Shown piece after piece: positions 1 through 12,399 of a stretch of DNA of 64,000 nt. The notes under the pieces were generated by a model that had not been told where the DNA came from, did not search any database, and saw only the letters and a list, made by a program, of their open reading frames with translations. Each line of letters begins with the position of its first letter. Within the stretch, counting starts at the first letter, position 1. Source of the DNA: Hemiscyllium ocellatum (Eukaryota); the NCBI RefSeq assembly GCF_020745735.1, contig NC_083409.1, forward strand, positions 14,541,873 to 14,605,872. The letters run 5' to 3'. A program made the translations under genes and the position numbers.

Positions 1-800
1 TACATTCCTCGAAACCTTTCTTATCCATGCACCGATCCAAATGTGTTTTAACTGCTGTAATTGTATCTGCCTCCAACACTTCCTCTGGCAGCTCGATCCA
101 GACATGCACCACCCTCTGTGTGGCAAGTTCCCCCTCAGGTCCCTTTTGAAACTTTTCCTTCTCACCTTAAACCTATGCCGTCTTGTTTTGGACTCCCTTT
201 CCCAAGGAAAAGACCTTGGATATACACCCTGTCCATGCCCCTCATGATTTTATGCACATCTATAAGGTCACCCCTTGGACTTGGATGCTGCAGGGAAAAT
301 AGGCCCAATTTCTTCAGCCTCTCCCATCAGCTCAAACCCTCCAGTTCCTGGTCACGTCCTTGTAATTCTTTTCCGCAGCTTTTTAAGTTTAGCACCATCC
401 TTCCTTTCACAGGATGATCAGAATTGTTCACATTATTCCCAAAGCGGCCTCACCAATCTCCTATATAGCTGCAACATGATGTCCCAACTCCTATCCTCAA
501 TGCAGTGACCAATACAGAAAAGCGTACCCAACACCTTCTTCATCACTGTCTACATGCGACTCTACTGTCAAAGAATAACACACCTGCACCTTCACTTTCG
601 GTCTCTTTGTTCAGCAACACTCCGTAGGGCCCTACCATTAACCGTATTGTCACATTTATCTGAACTAAAGTCCATCTGCCATTTCTCAGCCCACTGGCCC
701 AGTTGGTCAAGGTCCCATTGTACTCTGAGACAGCCTTCTTCACTGTCCACGATGCCACCTGAAAATTCACCTGAACAGACTCTCACAACTCTGGCCCCTC
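1..800 (-). mobile_element. CR1-clade LINE ORF2 3' fragments (degenerate)
   Basis: Minus-strand translation includes DSEEGCLRVQWDLDQLGQWAEKWQMDFSSDKC, typical of the CR1 RT C-terminus; the LINE tail lies at the window start. Confidence 0.85.
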
Positions 801-999
801 CCTGCCCATTACACTGTTATTACGCCAGTCTATATTCAGAAATTAATGAGCCCACCTCCCCATTGATAACGACCTTATCATATTTGCAGTTCTCTGTAAA
901 TTCCTTGCTTTGTATTCCTCTACATCCTTCCCACTGGGTGGTGACTTATTGATTGCACTGAGGATTCTGTGGTCCTTGGTATTCCTCTCTGATATTCCC

Positions 1000-1900
1000 C
1001 CCTGGCTCCCACAGCACTGTGAAGTTAGCTTAAACCCTCTCCAACAGCACTAGTAGATCATCCCAGAGGAACTCAGTCCCAGGTCTGTTCAGGAGCAACC
1101 CCGTTTAGTCTGTGCAGGTCCCATCTCCCCCAGACCCAGTCCCAATGTCCCAAGAATCTAAAGCTCGCCTTCCTGGAACCCTCTTTCCTGCAATTCAGTC
1201 ACCTGTGTTATCCTCCTGTTCCTCTTTTCACTTGCATGGGGCACTGGGAATAATCCAGAGAATCCTACTTTTGAGTTCCTGTTGCTAATTCCCTCCTGAG
1301 TTCCCTAAATTCTGACTGCTGGACCATATCCCTTTTCTCCCTCTGTCAATGGGACTGATGTGGACCACGACTGCTGCCTGTTCCCCCTCTCCCCTCAGGG
1401 TGCTCTGCAGCCGCTCAGTGACACCCTTGACCCTGGCACCAGGGAGACAACACACCACCCTGGATTCCCATCTGCAGCTGCAGAAACACCAATTGATAGC
1501 CCTCACTCTCGAATCTCCTCTCACTATCGCTCTTTCAGTCTTCCATGTGCCCCTCTGTACAGCCGAACCCTCCCCGTGGTGCCAGGGACTTGGCTCTGGC
1601 TGCACTCCCCAGATGAACCATCATTCTCATCAGGATTCTGAACTGAATCCTGGTTGGACAGTGGGATGCACTCAGGGGATTCCTGTACTAGCTGCCTGGC
1701 CCTTTTGGACTGTCTACTGCTCCCCCATTCCCTCTCTCCCTGCATACTCTGAAGCTGCAGAGTGACCACATCTAGAAACGTGCTCTCCATGGAGCTCTCA
1801 GCCTCACGGACGCTCCACACTGACACCAGCTGCTGCTCAAGCTCCAGAACCCGGAGATCCAACTGCTGTCACTGACCACACTTCCTGTGCTCATGGTATT
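1000..1900 (-). mobile_element. CR1-clade LINE ORF1 remnant (SGNH/GDSL esterase type)
   Basis: ORF 1285-1605(-) reads RAIVRGDSRVR...VCCLPGARVKGVTERLQSTLRGEGEQAAVVVHI, matching the CR1 ORF1 esterase motif. Confidence 0.8.
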
Positions 1901-2329
1901 CCAGGAGCTGGGAAACATTTGGAAGTTCCCACATGGATGCACACTCTCTCCACTCTTTGGTTATCTCTTGGCAAAGTCCTGATAACAAACAGTTACAGCA
2001 GGGCTCACAGTCCAGTGGATTCAGTGTTCCAGGGTTTTGGGGAAACTCTCCAGAAGACTTTAAGAAACAGGAGCAGAAATCAGCCATTCAGCCCATGGAA
2101 TCTATTCTGAAATTTGATCTTGGCAGATATGCTTCTCACCCCATTTGCCTGCCTACTCCACAGGAACGTTTGATCCCCTTAATAATCACAAACCTATCTA
2201 TCTCTGTCTTAAATACACTCAGTGACTTGGCCTCCACTGCCCTCTGTAACAATGAGTTCCACAGATTCACCACCCTCTGGCTGAAGAAATCCCTCCTCAT
2301 CTCAGCTCGAAAGGTTGGCCCTTCATTCT

Positions 2330-4800
2330 GAGGCTGTGCCTTGGTTACCGAGTCTCTCCTGTTTTTGGAAACATCTTCTCTGCATCCACACTATCTAGGC
2401 CTCTCAGTATTCTATAAATTTCAATAAGATCCTTCCTCATGCTCTAAACTCCATTCAGTACAGCCCCAGAGTCCTCAACTGCGCCTCATATGACAAGCCA
2501 TTCATCCCCAGGATCATTCTTGTAAACCCCTCCAATGCCAGCACATTGCTTCTTCGAATTTGGGTCCCAAATCTGCTCACAATATTCCAAATGCAGTCTG
2601 ACTAGAGCCTTGCACAGCCTCAGCACGACATCTCTGCTCTTGTATTCTGGCCCTTTTGAAATGAGTGCTATCATTTAATTTGCCTTCCCAAGCACAAACT
2701 GGACCTGCCTGTTCACCTGAAGAGGAACCTGAAAGATGTTTGTCCTTTAGATTTCCAAAGGCTTTCCTCATTTAGCAAACAGCCTTTGTAATTCTTCTTC
2801 CTCCCAAAGTGCACACACTCACACTGTCACACATTGTATTCTATCTGCCACTTCTTTGCCCACTCTCCGAGCCTATCCAGGTCCTTCTTCAGTCTTCCCA
2901 CTTCCTCAATTCTACTTGTCCCTCCACCTATCTTATGTCGTCTGCAAACGTAGCAACAATGTCTTCACTTCCTTCATCCAGATTGTTCATGTATAACGTG
3001 AATAGTTATTGTCCCAACATTGACACGTGCAGAAATATACTAGTCACCAGCGGCCATTTTTCCTCATTCTCTGCTTTACATGCCAGTACATTGCCCCTAA
3101 CACTATGGGCTCTTAATTTATGTCAAAGGCCTTCTGGAAATCCAAATAGGTTACATCCTCAGACTCTCCTTTGTCTGACTGGCTCATTGTCTCCTCAAAG
3201 AATTCTCACAGATTTGCCAGGCATGACCTCCCCTTGATGAAGCCATGTTGACTCAGCCCTATTTTCCCATTGCACGTTCAAGTCCTGTGTAATTTCATCC
3301 TTAAATTGAAGTCTAAAACCTTACCAACAACAGTCCAGGCTAACTGGCCTATAATTTCTCATCTTCCAACTCCCTCCCTTCTTAAACAGGGCTGTTATGG
3401 GAGCCATTTTCTATTTCCTTGTTCCCACCAAATTCCACCCCACCCCACCGTCTCACCCCGACTCCATTGATTCCTGAAAGATCATCACCAATGCCTCCAC
3501 AATCTCCTCAGTGATCTCCTTCAGAACACACTGATGAAGTTCATCCAGACTGGGTGAGTTATCCACATTCAGACCTTTCAGCTTCCCCTGTACCTCCTTC
3601 TTACTGATGGCCACTACACGCCCCCCTGCCCCCTGACAGTCTTGAATTACTGGTACACTGCTGGTGTTTTCCATGGTGCAGACAGATGCAAAGTATCGAT
3701 TCAATTCCTTTGCTATTTCTATTATTCTTTCTCAAACCTCATTTCCCAGTGATCCAATGTCTATTTTTGCCTCCTTCTTCCTTTTTATATATCTGAAAAA
3801 ACTCTGACAATCTTCTTATGTATTACTGGTGCGCTTACCCCCACATTTCACCTTCCCCATCCTTAATGCTTTTATCATTGTCCTCTACAGGTTTTTCAAG
3901 ACTTCCTAACCTTCTGGCTTCCCACTATTCTCCACCATATTGTATGCCATTTCTTTTGCTTTTATTCTGTCCTTGACCTACGTCATCAGCCATGGTTGCC
4001 TTGTTCTCCCCTTAGTATGTTGCTTCTTTTTTGGAATGAGTTCCTGATCTGCTTCCTGAATTACCCCCTGAAACTCTGCTGTTTGCTGCCCCACCATCTT
4101 ACCTGCTCAGCTCCCCTTACAATCAACTCTGGCCAGCTCCTTCCTCATGTCTTTGGAGTTACCTTTACTCAATTGAAATGCTGTTCCATCTGATTGCAGC
4201 TTCTCCCTCTCAAACTATAGGGGGAATTCTATCATATTATGGTCATTTATCCACAGGGATACTTTCATCTTAAACTCACAAGTCAAGTTTGCCTCATTAC
4301 CCATCACTGAATCCAGACCTGCCTGTTCCATTATGGCTCAACCACAAGCTGCTCCAAAAACCATCTCATAGACATTCCATGAAATCCTTTCCTTGAGACG
4401 CACTACCCAGTCCACCTATTCATTGAGGTCTGCCCTGACATTTTGTATACGGCTTTTCTGTTTCCTGATTGATTTCCTTCCCCACACCCTGATTACTGCT
4501 TGGAGACCTGGACATACCTTGCATCAAATTCTTTATTTCTTGCGGTTCCTCAACTCTACCCACACGGACTCTACACCTTCTGACTCTCTATCACTTCTTG
4601 CTATTGAGTGAATTTTATTTCACACTAACAAGGCAACTCTTGCCCCTCTGCCCCTCTGCCTGTCCTTTTGATAGGACACGTATCCTTGGATATTTAGTTC
4701 CCAGCCCGGATCCACTTACATCCATGTCTCTGTGAAACCCACAACATTGTACCTGCCAGATTCAATGTTCCCATCATTGTCCCCTTATCTGCTGTGCTTT
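2330..4800 (-). mobile_element. CR1-clade LINE ORF2 remnant
   Basis: Fragments LRLCKALVRLHLEYCEQIWDP and KLKGLNVDNSPSLDELHQCVLKEITEEIVEAL; many stops. Confidence 0.8.
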
Positions 4801-5179
4801 ACGTTCGACTCCTGATCCTATCCACCCTCTCTGTCCTTTTACATCTTCTAGAAACTTAAATAATCTCCCCTGAGCTCTCCTACACTTTAACTAGTTTAAA
4901 TTCCTTGGACACTCAACTTACCTGGATTTGTGGCATCACTTTGTCTACCTCACTCGGAATACTTCGTGCATTGAGTTACAAACTCTTTAATTTTGTTATA
5001 TTATTGATTTTCCTGGCACTTCTTTGGTTCCCTTGATTTCAAAAATTCCGTCCCTACCTTTTATTTTCTGGTAACAATCAATCCCATCACTAACCAGCAA
5101 TCGTACCTTCTTCTTCACCTTCCGTTTTCTCATTTTCCATCCAACTGAACCAAATTACTTTGTCTTTGGGTTGACTTCC

Positions 5180-5645
5180 GGCATGGTGGCTCAGTGGTTA
5201 GCACTGCTACCTCACAGCATCAAGGACCTGGCTTCAATTCCCGTCCTTGGGAAACTGTCTGTGTGGTGTTTGCACATTCTCCCTGTGTCTGTGTGGGTTT
5301 CCCCCAGGTGCTCTGGTTTACTCCCACTGTCCAAAGATGTGCAGGTCAAGTGAATTGGCTGTTATAAATTGCCGCTGAAAATGTGTTGCTGGAAAAGCGC
5401 AGCAGTTCAGGCAGCCTTCTTCCGAAACGTCGATTCTCCTGTTCCTTGGATGCTGCCTGACCTGCTGCGCTTTTCCAGCAACACATATTCAGCTCTGATC
5501 TCCAGCATCTGCAATCCTCACTTTCTCCTATTCTAAATTGCCTATAGTGTTAGGTGAAATAGTCAGGAGTAAATATAGGGAATGTTTCTGGGTGGGCTGC
5601 TGTTCGGAGGGTTGATGTGGACTTGTCAGGCTGAACTGTCTGTTT
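5180..5645 (+). mobile_element. tRNA-derived V-SINE (HE1-like), interrupted by a Penelope-derived palindrome
   Basis: A-box TGGCTCAGTGG at the start, B-box-like GGCTTCAATTCCC, and central V-domain (TTTGCACATTCTCCC...GTGCTCTGGTTT). Confidence 0.85.
5374..5533. mobile_element. 160-bp Penelope-derived fold-back element with 9-bp TSD
   Basis: Inverted arms GCTGAAAATGTGTTGCTGGAAAAGCGCAGCAG / CTGCTGCGCTTTTCCAGCAACACATATTCAGC; TAAATTGCC is duplicated at 5365-5373 and 5534-5542. Confidence 0.85.
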
Positions 5646-5839
5646 CCAGACTGGAGGGAATCTAATCAGGCCAATATTTATCATTAATCCAACATCATTA
5701 TTGCTCTTTGATCTCAGTGCTTCTACTTGGATCTTGCTGTAGAAACTGGCTACCACATTCCTGACATTGCGACAGTGTAGCTTGTCAAACAAAACTGTCT
5801 GTAAATGTCTTTGGAAGACCCTGAAATGTTAAGGGCTGG

Positions 5840-6420
5840 ATTGATGCCCATATCCCTCTAAACTTTTCCTATTTACATATCCATGCCTTTTAAATGTTTT
5901 AACCGTACCAGCCTTCACCACCTCCTCTGGCAGCTCATTTCATACATTTAACACCCTCTGAATGAAAACGTTGTGCCTTAGGTCCCTTTTACTTTTTACC
6001 CCGTCACCTTCAGCCTATGCCCTCCAGTTCTGGACTCCCCTGCTCTGGAGAAAAGATCTTCTCTATTCACCTTAGCTATGCCGCTCATGATTTTATAAAC
6101 CTCTATACGGTCACCCATCAACCTGCAATGATCCAGGGAAAACAGCCTCAGCCCATTCAGCCTCTCCCTTTCACGCAAACCCTCCAACCTTGGCAACATC
6201 ATTGCAAATCTTTTCTGAACCATTTTAAGATTCAAAACATTTTTCCTGTAGCAGGGAGACCAGAATTGCACACAGTATTCCAAAAGTGCCCTAACCAATG
6301 TCCTGTACAGCCGCAACAGCTCCCAACTCCAATACCCAATGCACTGACCAATAAAGGAAAGCATACAAAATGACTTTGTCACCTCCCTCCCCACCTGCAA
6401 CTCCACTTTCAGGGAACTAT
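5840..6420 (-). mobile_element. CR1-clade LINE 3' end
   Basis: ORF 5996-6475(-) contains LYRTLVRALLEYCVQFWSPCYRKNVLNLKMVQKRF. Confidence 0.9.
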
Positions 6421-8974
6421 TCTTCTTTTTTTGGATGAACTGAGAGTCTTTCAATTGTGAAAGATGCCATTCCATGGCACTATTGGATGAAGAGCAGGCA
6501 GTTCCCTCTGGTGTCCCTGATCCATATATATACCTCAGGCAAAATCACTAAAAATCTGTTTCTCTGCTAATTATCATACTGTGTTTAGGTTCTCGCTGTG
6601 CACATTCTGCTGGAAAGAGCCATTGGGACATCCTGAGTTGGGGACACGTGCTACACAAATGCAAGTCTTCCTTTAAGGTTGGGGTCTCCTGATCCAGATC
6701 CTCATCCATTGTCTGCGCACTCTCACCTTCCAGGGGTCATGTGTTCATTTGGAGCAGTAACCCTGTCTGACCCCAGGACATTGAAACTCTTTGCAGCCTC
6801 ACCCTTGACCTCAGCCCAACAGTGTGCAGCAGGGTTTGAAATGTAATCTAGAACATTCTAAACAGACACCCCAATGTGACTCCTTCCTGAAATGTTTGGA
6901 TCCAAGTCTGCTCCAATGTTCTTGGATAAAGTTCGCCTGATCTGTGGGGGTGATCGGAGGTTTGTTAAAGAGATATCGAGCAATATCCCACTTGCTCCAA
7001 AGCTCTGGAGGTTTCTCTGTTGAAGTGAATGTCCAAGTATTTTCTCAATGTGAGATCAGTGTTTCTGCCTCTCCCACCCTTTCAGACAGTGAGTCCCATA
7101 TACCACCAACCTCTGGGTGAAAACAAATACCCTCAACTCCCCTCTAACCCTGCCCCCAACTGATTTCAATCTCTCCCCATGGTTATTGCCCTCTGTGCTG
7201 GTGGAAATCAGTCCTTCCTACCCACTCTGTCCAGGCCCCTCAGCATTTTACACACCACCATCAAATCTCCCCTCAGCCTCCTCTGTTCCAACGAAAACAC
7301 TCCCAAAAAACCAATTTTTCCTCAAAGCTCAAAGTCCCCATTCCAGACAAACTCCTCCTCTGTCCCCATCTCTAATGGAGTCACATCCTTCCTGTAATGT
7401 GGTGACCCAGAACCGTACACAGTTCTCTCACTGTGCTCTAACTGGGGTTTTATACAGTTCCAGAATAAACAAACTTCTTGCTTTCACAGTCAACCAAAAA
7501 TGAGATAAGGGAGGTGATGGTCTAATGGTGTTATTGCTGAACTGTTAATCCAGAGATCCAGGTAATGTTCTGGGGACCAGGGTTAGAATCCTGCAGATGG
7601 TGGCATTCAAATTCAATCAAAAAATGCAATTAGGAGTCTAATGACGACCATGAAACCATTGTTGATTGTCAGGAAAATTCATCTGATTCCCTAATGTCCT
7701 TTTGGGAAAAATAAATGCCATCCTTACCATGTGACCCCAGACCCACAGCAATGTGGTTGACTCTAAACTGCCCTCTGGGTGATTATCGATGGGCAATACA
7801 TGCTGCTGATCCAGCAATGCCCTCATCCCATCAAGGAAAAATGAAGAACAGTTTATCCCATGTGTCGTCTTACCACCTTACTGACCTGTATTCAGTAATC
7901 ACCACGGCCACATCTTCCACCTCCAAACACATCTGACTTCCAGCTTCAAATTGGCAAGAGACGTTCCTTCATTATCTCAGAAACAGATAGAAATATCCAA
8001 ACTATGAGCAGCAGTAGGCCATTCGGCCCGTCAAGCCTGCTCCACCATTCAATATGATCATGGCTTATCATCCAACACAGTCCCCTGTTCCTGCTTTCTC
8101 CCCACATTCTTTGATCCTTTTAATCCAAAGAAATATATTTAATTCCTTATTGAATACATACTTCATCTAATTCCCTCTTGCTGGAAAAATGGGTGACAAT
8201 TATTGGGTTGTTGTTTTTTGACCAGTATGGACACAATGGGCTGATGGGCCTTTTGGGTCTCTCTGACTCTTTGACTCTATTATTATATACTATGAATAAC
8301 TGAGTACCAAGGACTGACACGTGTGGTACCCCAACTGGTAACTACCTGTCATTCAGAAAAAGACTCATTCTTTCTGTCCTATCTGCCAACCAGTTCCCAA
8401 TCCATGTCAGTACATGATCCCCAACCCTCTTGTTCATTTGGTCTAGATCTGGAAGCCCCACCCTTACTCATTGTGGGAACAGATTCTGAACGATCTCTGT
8501 CTCATCCTTCGAGGGCCCTCATTGTCTTGTCACTGATTTCCCATCATACCGCTGGTTATGATCCACTTTTACCAAAACACCACACAGTTGAGTAAAATAA
8601 AAACTTTTAACCTTGCTCCATGGTTCTCCATTTCCCTACTCTCAATCTCACTGAGTTCTGATCACTGTCACTAAAATGCTCCCACATTGATAGCCCTTCC
8701 AGCTGCCCACAGTCATATTATAAACAATGGTCCAAAACTGTCCCTTCTCTCTCTCTGCTACTTCATCATCACCTTCTCTGGGGCAATTAGGGATGGGTAA
8801 TATGTGCTGGCCCTGCCAATGACACTCACATCCCAAGAAGCAATTTGAACAATGCCTGGTCATTTGTTGGGTTTATTCTGTATTGACGACAAATGTTCAA
8901 AAAGATTGTATCGACAGTGAAGGGTTGAGTTCCCTTCCAGTGGCTGGAATTAAATTGTTTCTCTTGTCTTTCAA

Positions 8975-9303
8975 GCCGCGGGAACTCTCAGCCCAAGCTG
9001 ACCCTGCTGCCCCCCTCCCGGAGCAGGTCAATGCCAAGGGCACTGCCACCCTGGTGTGCCTTGCCAATCACTTCTATCCCTAATGAGCTGGAGGTGCAGT
9101 GGAAGAAGGACAGTGCAGTCATTTCGATCAGGGTTCAGACCAGCAACTACCTGCGAGCTTCGGACAGCACCTACAGTGTCAGCAGCCTGCTGACCCTCTC
9201 TGGGTCTGACTGGGAGTCCAACGCTCGCTTCTCCTGTGCCCTCACCCACTTTACCCTCCCCTCTCCCCTCAGCAAGAGCATCAGGAGATCAGTATGTATG
9301 TAG
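8975..9303 (+). pseudogene. IGKC: Immunoglobulin kappa-type (NS4-like) light-chain constant exon, pseudogene
   Basis: Encodes KGTATLVCLANHFYP...EVQWKKD...DSTYSVSSLLTLSGSDWESNARFSCALTH. Relative to the copy at 23451-23779 it has TTTCAG>TTTCAA at the acceptor, a 1-nt deletion in the PPSP codons, and a 1-nt insertion creating CCC TAA. Confidence 0.93.
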
Positions 9304-10139
9304 AGTGTTTGAGACAGTCCACAGAGGAGCCACAACTTTAAGTAGGACAGGGCTGAGCTGGCAGGACAAAGGTCATTGTCAGCACTAAATTTCATCTCTC
9401 TTCCTTCTCAGGATTGCTCAGAGACACTTCTGAGATTTGGATGTTAAAGCAGGTCATTGGGATAGTGGTGAGTGAACTTTATTCTATGTCAAACCTCATA
9501 CTGTCCTTGTCCTGGGAGTGTTTGATGGGGACAGGATTGCCATGTGATGTCAGCTGTACAAAACGATGTGAACCTCAGAAGTCTCTGCTTCAGTTAACCA
9601 GATCTCCTTCCTGCTCAGCTGCCATTTCCAGTTTAAGGTTTTATCACTGATTAAAGGGACAGGATTCTCGTGTTATTGTGAAAATCTCTCCAAGTGTTTT
9701 CCTCAAGCTCCATTGTGGCTGTGAATTTGAGCAGCTTCCTCTGTCTGGCTATTAATTGCAGTTGTTCCTTTCTGTCAATGTTAATGTGGAAAAGGGAAGA
9801 AAGGTGAAGATTCAGTCTCTGTCTCTGTGTGCTTTGTAAATAGCTAACTTCCACCTCTCAGTTGATTGGCTGTATTTCAGCAGGTCCTTGTCACAATTGG
9901 TTATTTGGCCTGTCAATCAATTTCAATTATCAATCATCAGTCATTTTCAAATGATCCCTTTGATCAGGAATTTATGTAGATTCCAAAAAGGACAGAAACT
10001 GAAAGCTGTTAATACTCAATAAGTGCAATCTGATGCATTCCCTCTTCACTCTGTTGGTCCAGGACCAGCTGATGGGGTTGAACTGAGCAATCCCTGCTGC
10101 ATGTCGGATAGCCCCTGAAACAATCTTTGGCCATTCACA

Positions 10140-10860
10140 GACATTGTTGGCTGTGTTTATCTCTGAGTGTGAGTGTTTAACTTAATACTGCCTGTCGATG
10201 TCTCTCTGAGTGTGGGTGTGTTACGCAGAGAGACACCCACAGACAGCGAGACACCTATCCACAGCATGGAGTGTGAGTGTGTTACACAGTGCTGCCTGTC
10301 TCACAGAGTGCATGTGTTACTTAGTGCTGCCTGGAGGTGTTTCTCTCAGTGTAAGTGTGTTACTCTGTTAAAAATCACACAACACCAGGTTATAGTCCAA
10401 CAGGTTTAATTGGAAGCACACTAGCTTTGGGAGCGACACTCCTTCATCGGGTGATAGTGGAGGGCTCGATCGTAACACAGATTTTGTTACAAACTGTGTT
10501 ACGATCATAATTCTGTCTTACAATCGAGCCCTCCACGATCACCTGATGAAGGAGCAGCACCCTGAAAGCTAGTGTGCTTCCAATTAAACCTGTTGGACTA
10601 TAACCTGGTGTTGTGCGATTTTTAACTGAGTACACCCCAGTCTAACACCGACATCTCCAAATCCTGTCTATCAGAGTGCATGTGTTACTGAGTGCAGCCT
10701 GTAGGTGTCTCTCTCAGTACGAGTGTGTTACTCTGTGCTGCCTGTAGGTGTCTCTCTCAGTGTGAGTGTGTTACTCTGTGCTGCCTGTAGGTGTCTCTCT
10801 CAGTGTGAGTGTGTTACTCTGTGCTGCCTGTAGGTGTCTCTCTGAGGTCTGTGTCTCCGA
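10140..10860 (+). repeat. 43-bp minisatellite (GAGTGTGTTACTCTGTGCTGCCTGTAGGTGTCTCTCTCAGTGT), split by an insertion
   Basis: Near-perfect units start at 10721 and 10764; degenerate units lie at 10140-10365. Confidence 0.9.
10367..10660. mobile_element. Penelope pseudo-LTR fold-back element with hammerhead-like core
   Basis: GTTAAAAATCACACAACACCAGGTTATAGTCCAACAGG... is mirrored by ...CCTGTTGGACTATAACCTGGTGTTGTGCGATTTTTAAC; CTGATGA at 10543 and GAAA at 10564. Confidence 0.85.
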
Positions 10861-11909
10861 GCGATGGATTGGGAATGGGCTTTGTGCTGGGGATTGAAGA
10901 TCAGGCTTTAATCTTCTCAAATCATGAATGAAAAACGGTACATCTGATTCAGTCTGAGATGGCAACTCATTCAGATAGCCAAAGTTAAAAATCACACAAC
11001 ACCAGGTTATTGTCAAAAGGGGTTTATTTCAAAGTAGAAGCTTGCAGAGCACTGATCCTTCATTATGTACCTGGAGGGCAGGATTATTGGACACAGAATT
11101 TACAGTGAAATTGAGAAGGTAGTGGGCACTGTGCCCCCTCTCCCCCCAACGTGTTGCTCAATTACAAGGGGATTTTCTGAATCCAGAGTCAGAGCAGTCA
11201 TGACTTCCTGCCCAGCCAATGCTGGCTCCCCATAGTCACATTTCAGAGGTTAATTAACCCAAACCTAGGTGCAGCAAAATTATCCCACAGGGAGGTGAGC
11301 TGTCTAAGTGAGGGATGGAGTTGAATTCTTGAAACCCCAACAATTCTCTCCCCCTGCCCCAGCTGCGATGACCTTCAGGTTAAAAGTGGGACTATGCTCC
11401 TCTGGGATGATGACCACGTTCCTGGGTGATGGAGGGAAGGCCAACTTCTCCCAAAGGCAGCACAGGCTGGATCGAAGGTGAAACAAGAGTAAGCATGGGG
11501 AGATTGAGGGTGACAGAAGGAGGGGGTTGGTTGGCAGGTTGTTATTCAGAGTCAGGTCCCAGAGTATCAGTCCTTCTGACATGCCCCTTTTTATCTGTCA
11601 GCCAGGGCTCCCTGATTGGACAAGGTTAACTGTCCCTGTCAGAGAACTCATATTTTATCAAAAAGAATAAAACATTCATTGAACCAAGGAGCACAAGAGC
11701 TCAACGACACTAGACAAAATGAATGGTTTGGAAGATTTCATACGGACATCACAAACGAGATTTGAAAAAGGGCTTAGTCACTCAGTGGGTTGTGGGAATC
11801 TGGAATGGACTGTCATAGAATCCTTACAGTGAGAAAACAGGCCCTTTGGCCCAACAAGTCCACACTGACTCTTCAAAGAGTTACCCACCCAAGTCGTCTT
11901 ATCTTATTA

Positions 11910-12360
11910 CTCTGCCTCACAGCGCCAGAGACCCGGGGTTGAATTCCCACCTCAGGTGACTCTCTGTGTCGAGTTTGCACATTTTCCACGTGTCTGCGTG
12001 GATTTCCTCCGGGTGCTCCGGTTTTCTCCCACAATCCAAAAATGTGCAGTTAGATGAATTGGCCTGGCTAAATTGCCCGTAGTGTTAGGTTAATGGGTAA
12101 AGGTAGGAGAATGGGTCTGAGTGGGTGGCGGGTCGGCATGGACTTGTTGGGCTGAAGGGTCCGTTTTCACACTGTAAGTAATCTAATCTAAAATCCTTGA
12201 TCACTGTAGGCAATTTAGCATTGCCAATTCATCTAACCTGCATGTCTTTAGATTGTGGGAGGAAAACAGAATACCCAGAGGAAATCCACACCGACATGGG
12301 GAGGACATTATAACTCCACATAGACAGTTGCCTGAAGCTGGAATCGAACCTGGGTCAAAA
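11910..12360. mobile_element. Two V-SINE copies, tail-to-tail (+ then -)
   Basis: V-domain GAGTTTGCACATTTTCCACGTGTCTGCGTGG on + at ~11970; a reverse-complement V-domain at ~12240-12350. Confidence 0.75.
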
Positions 12361-12399
12361 CACTTGGATCAGCCTTGACTTCAATCCAGCCTCTGCCTC

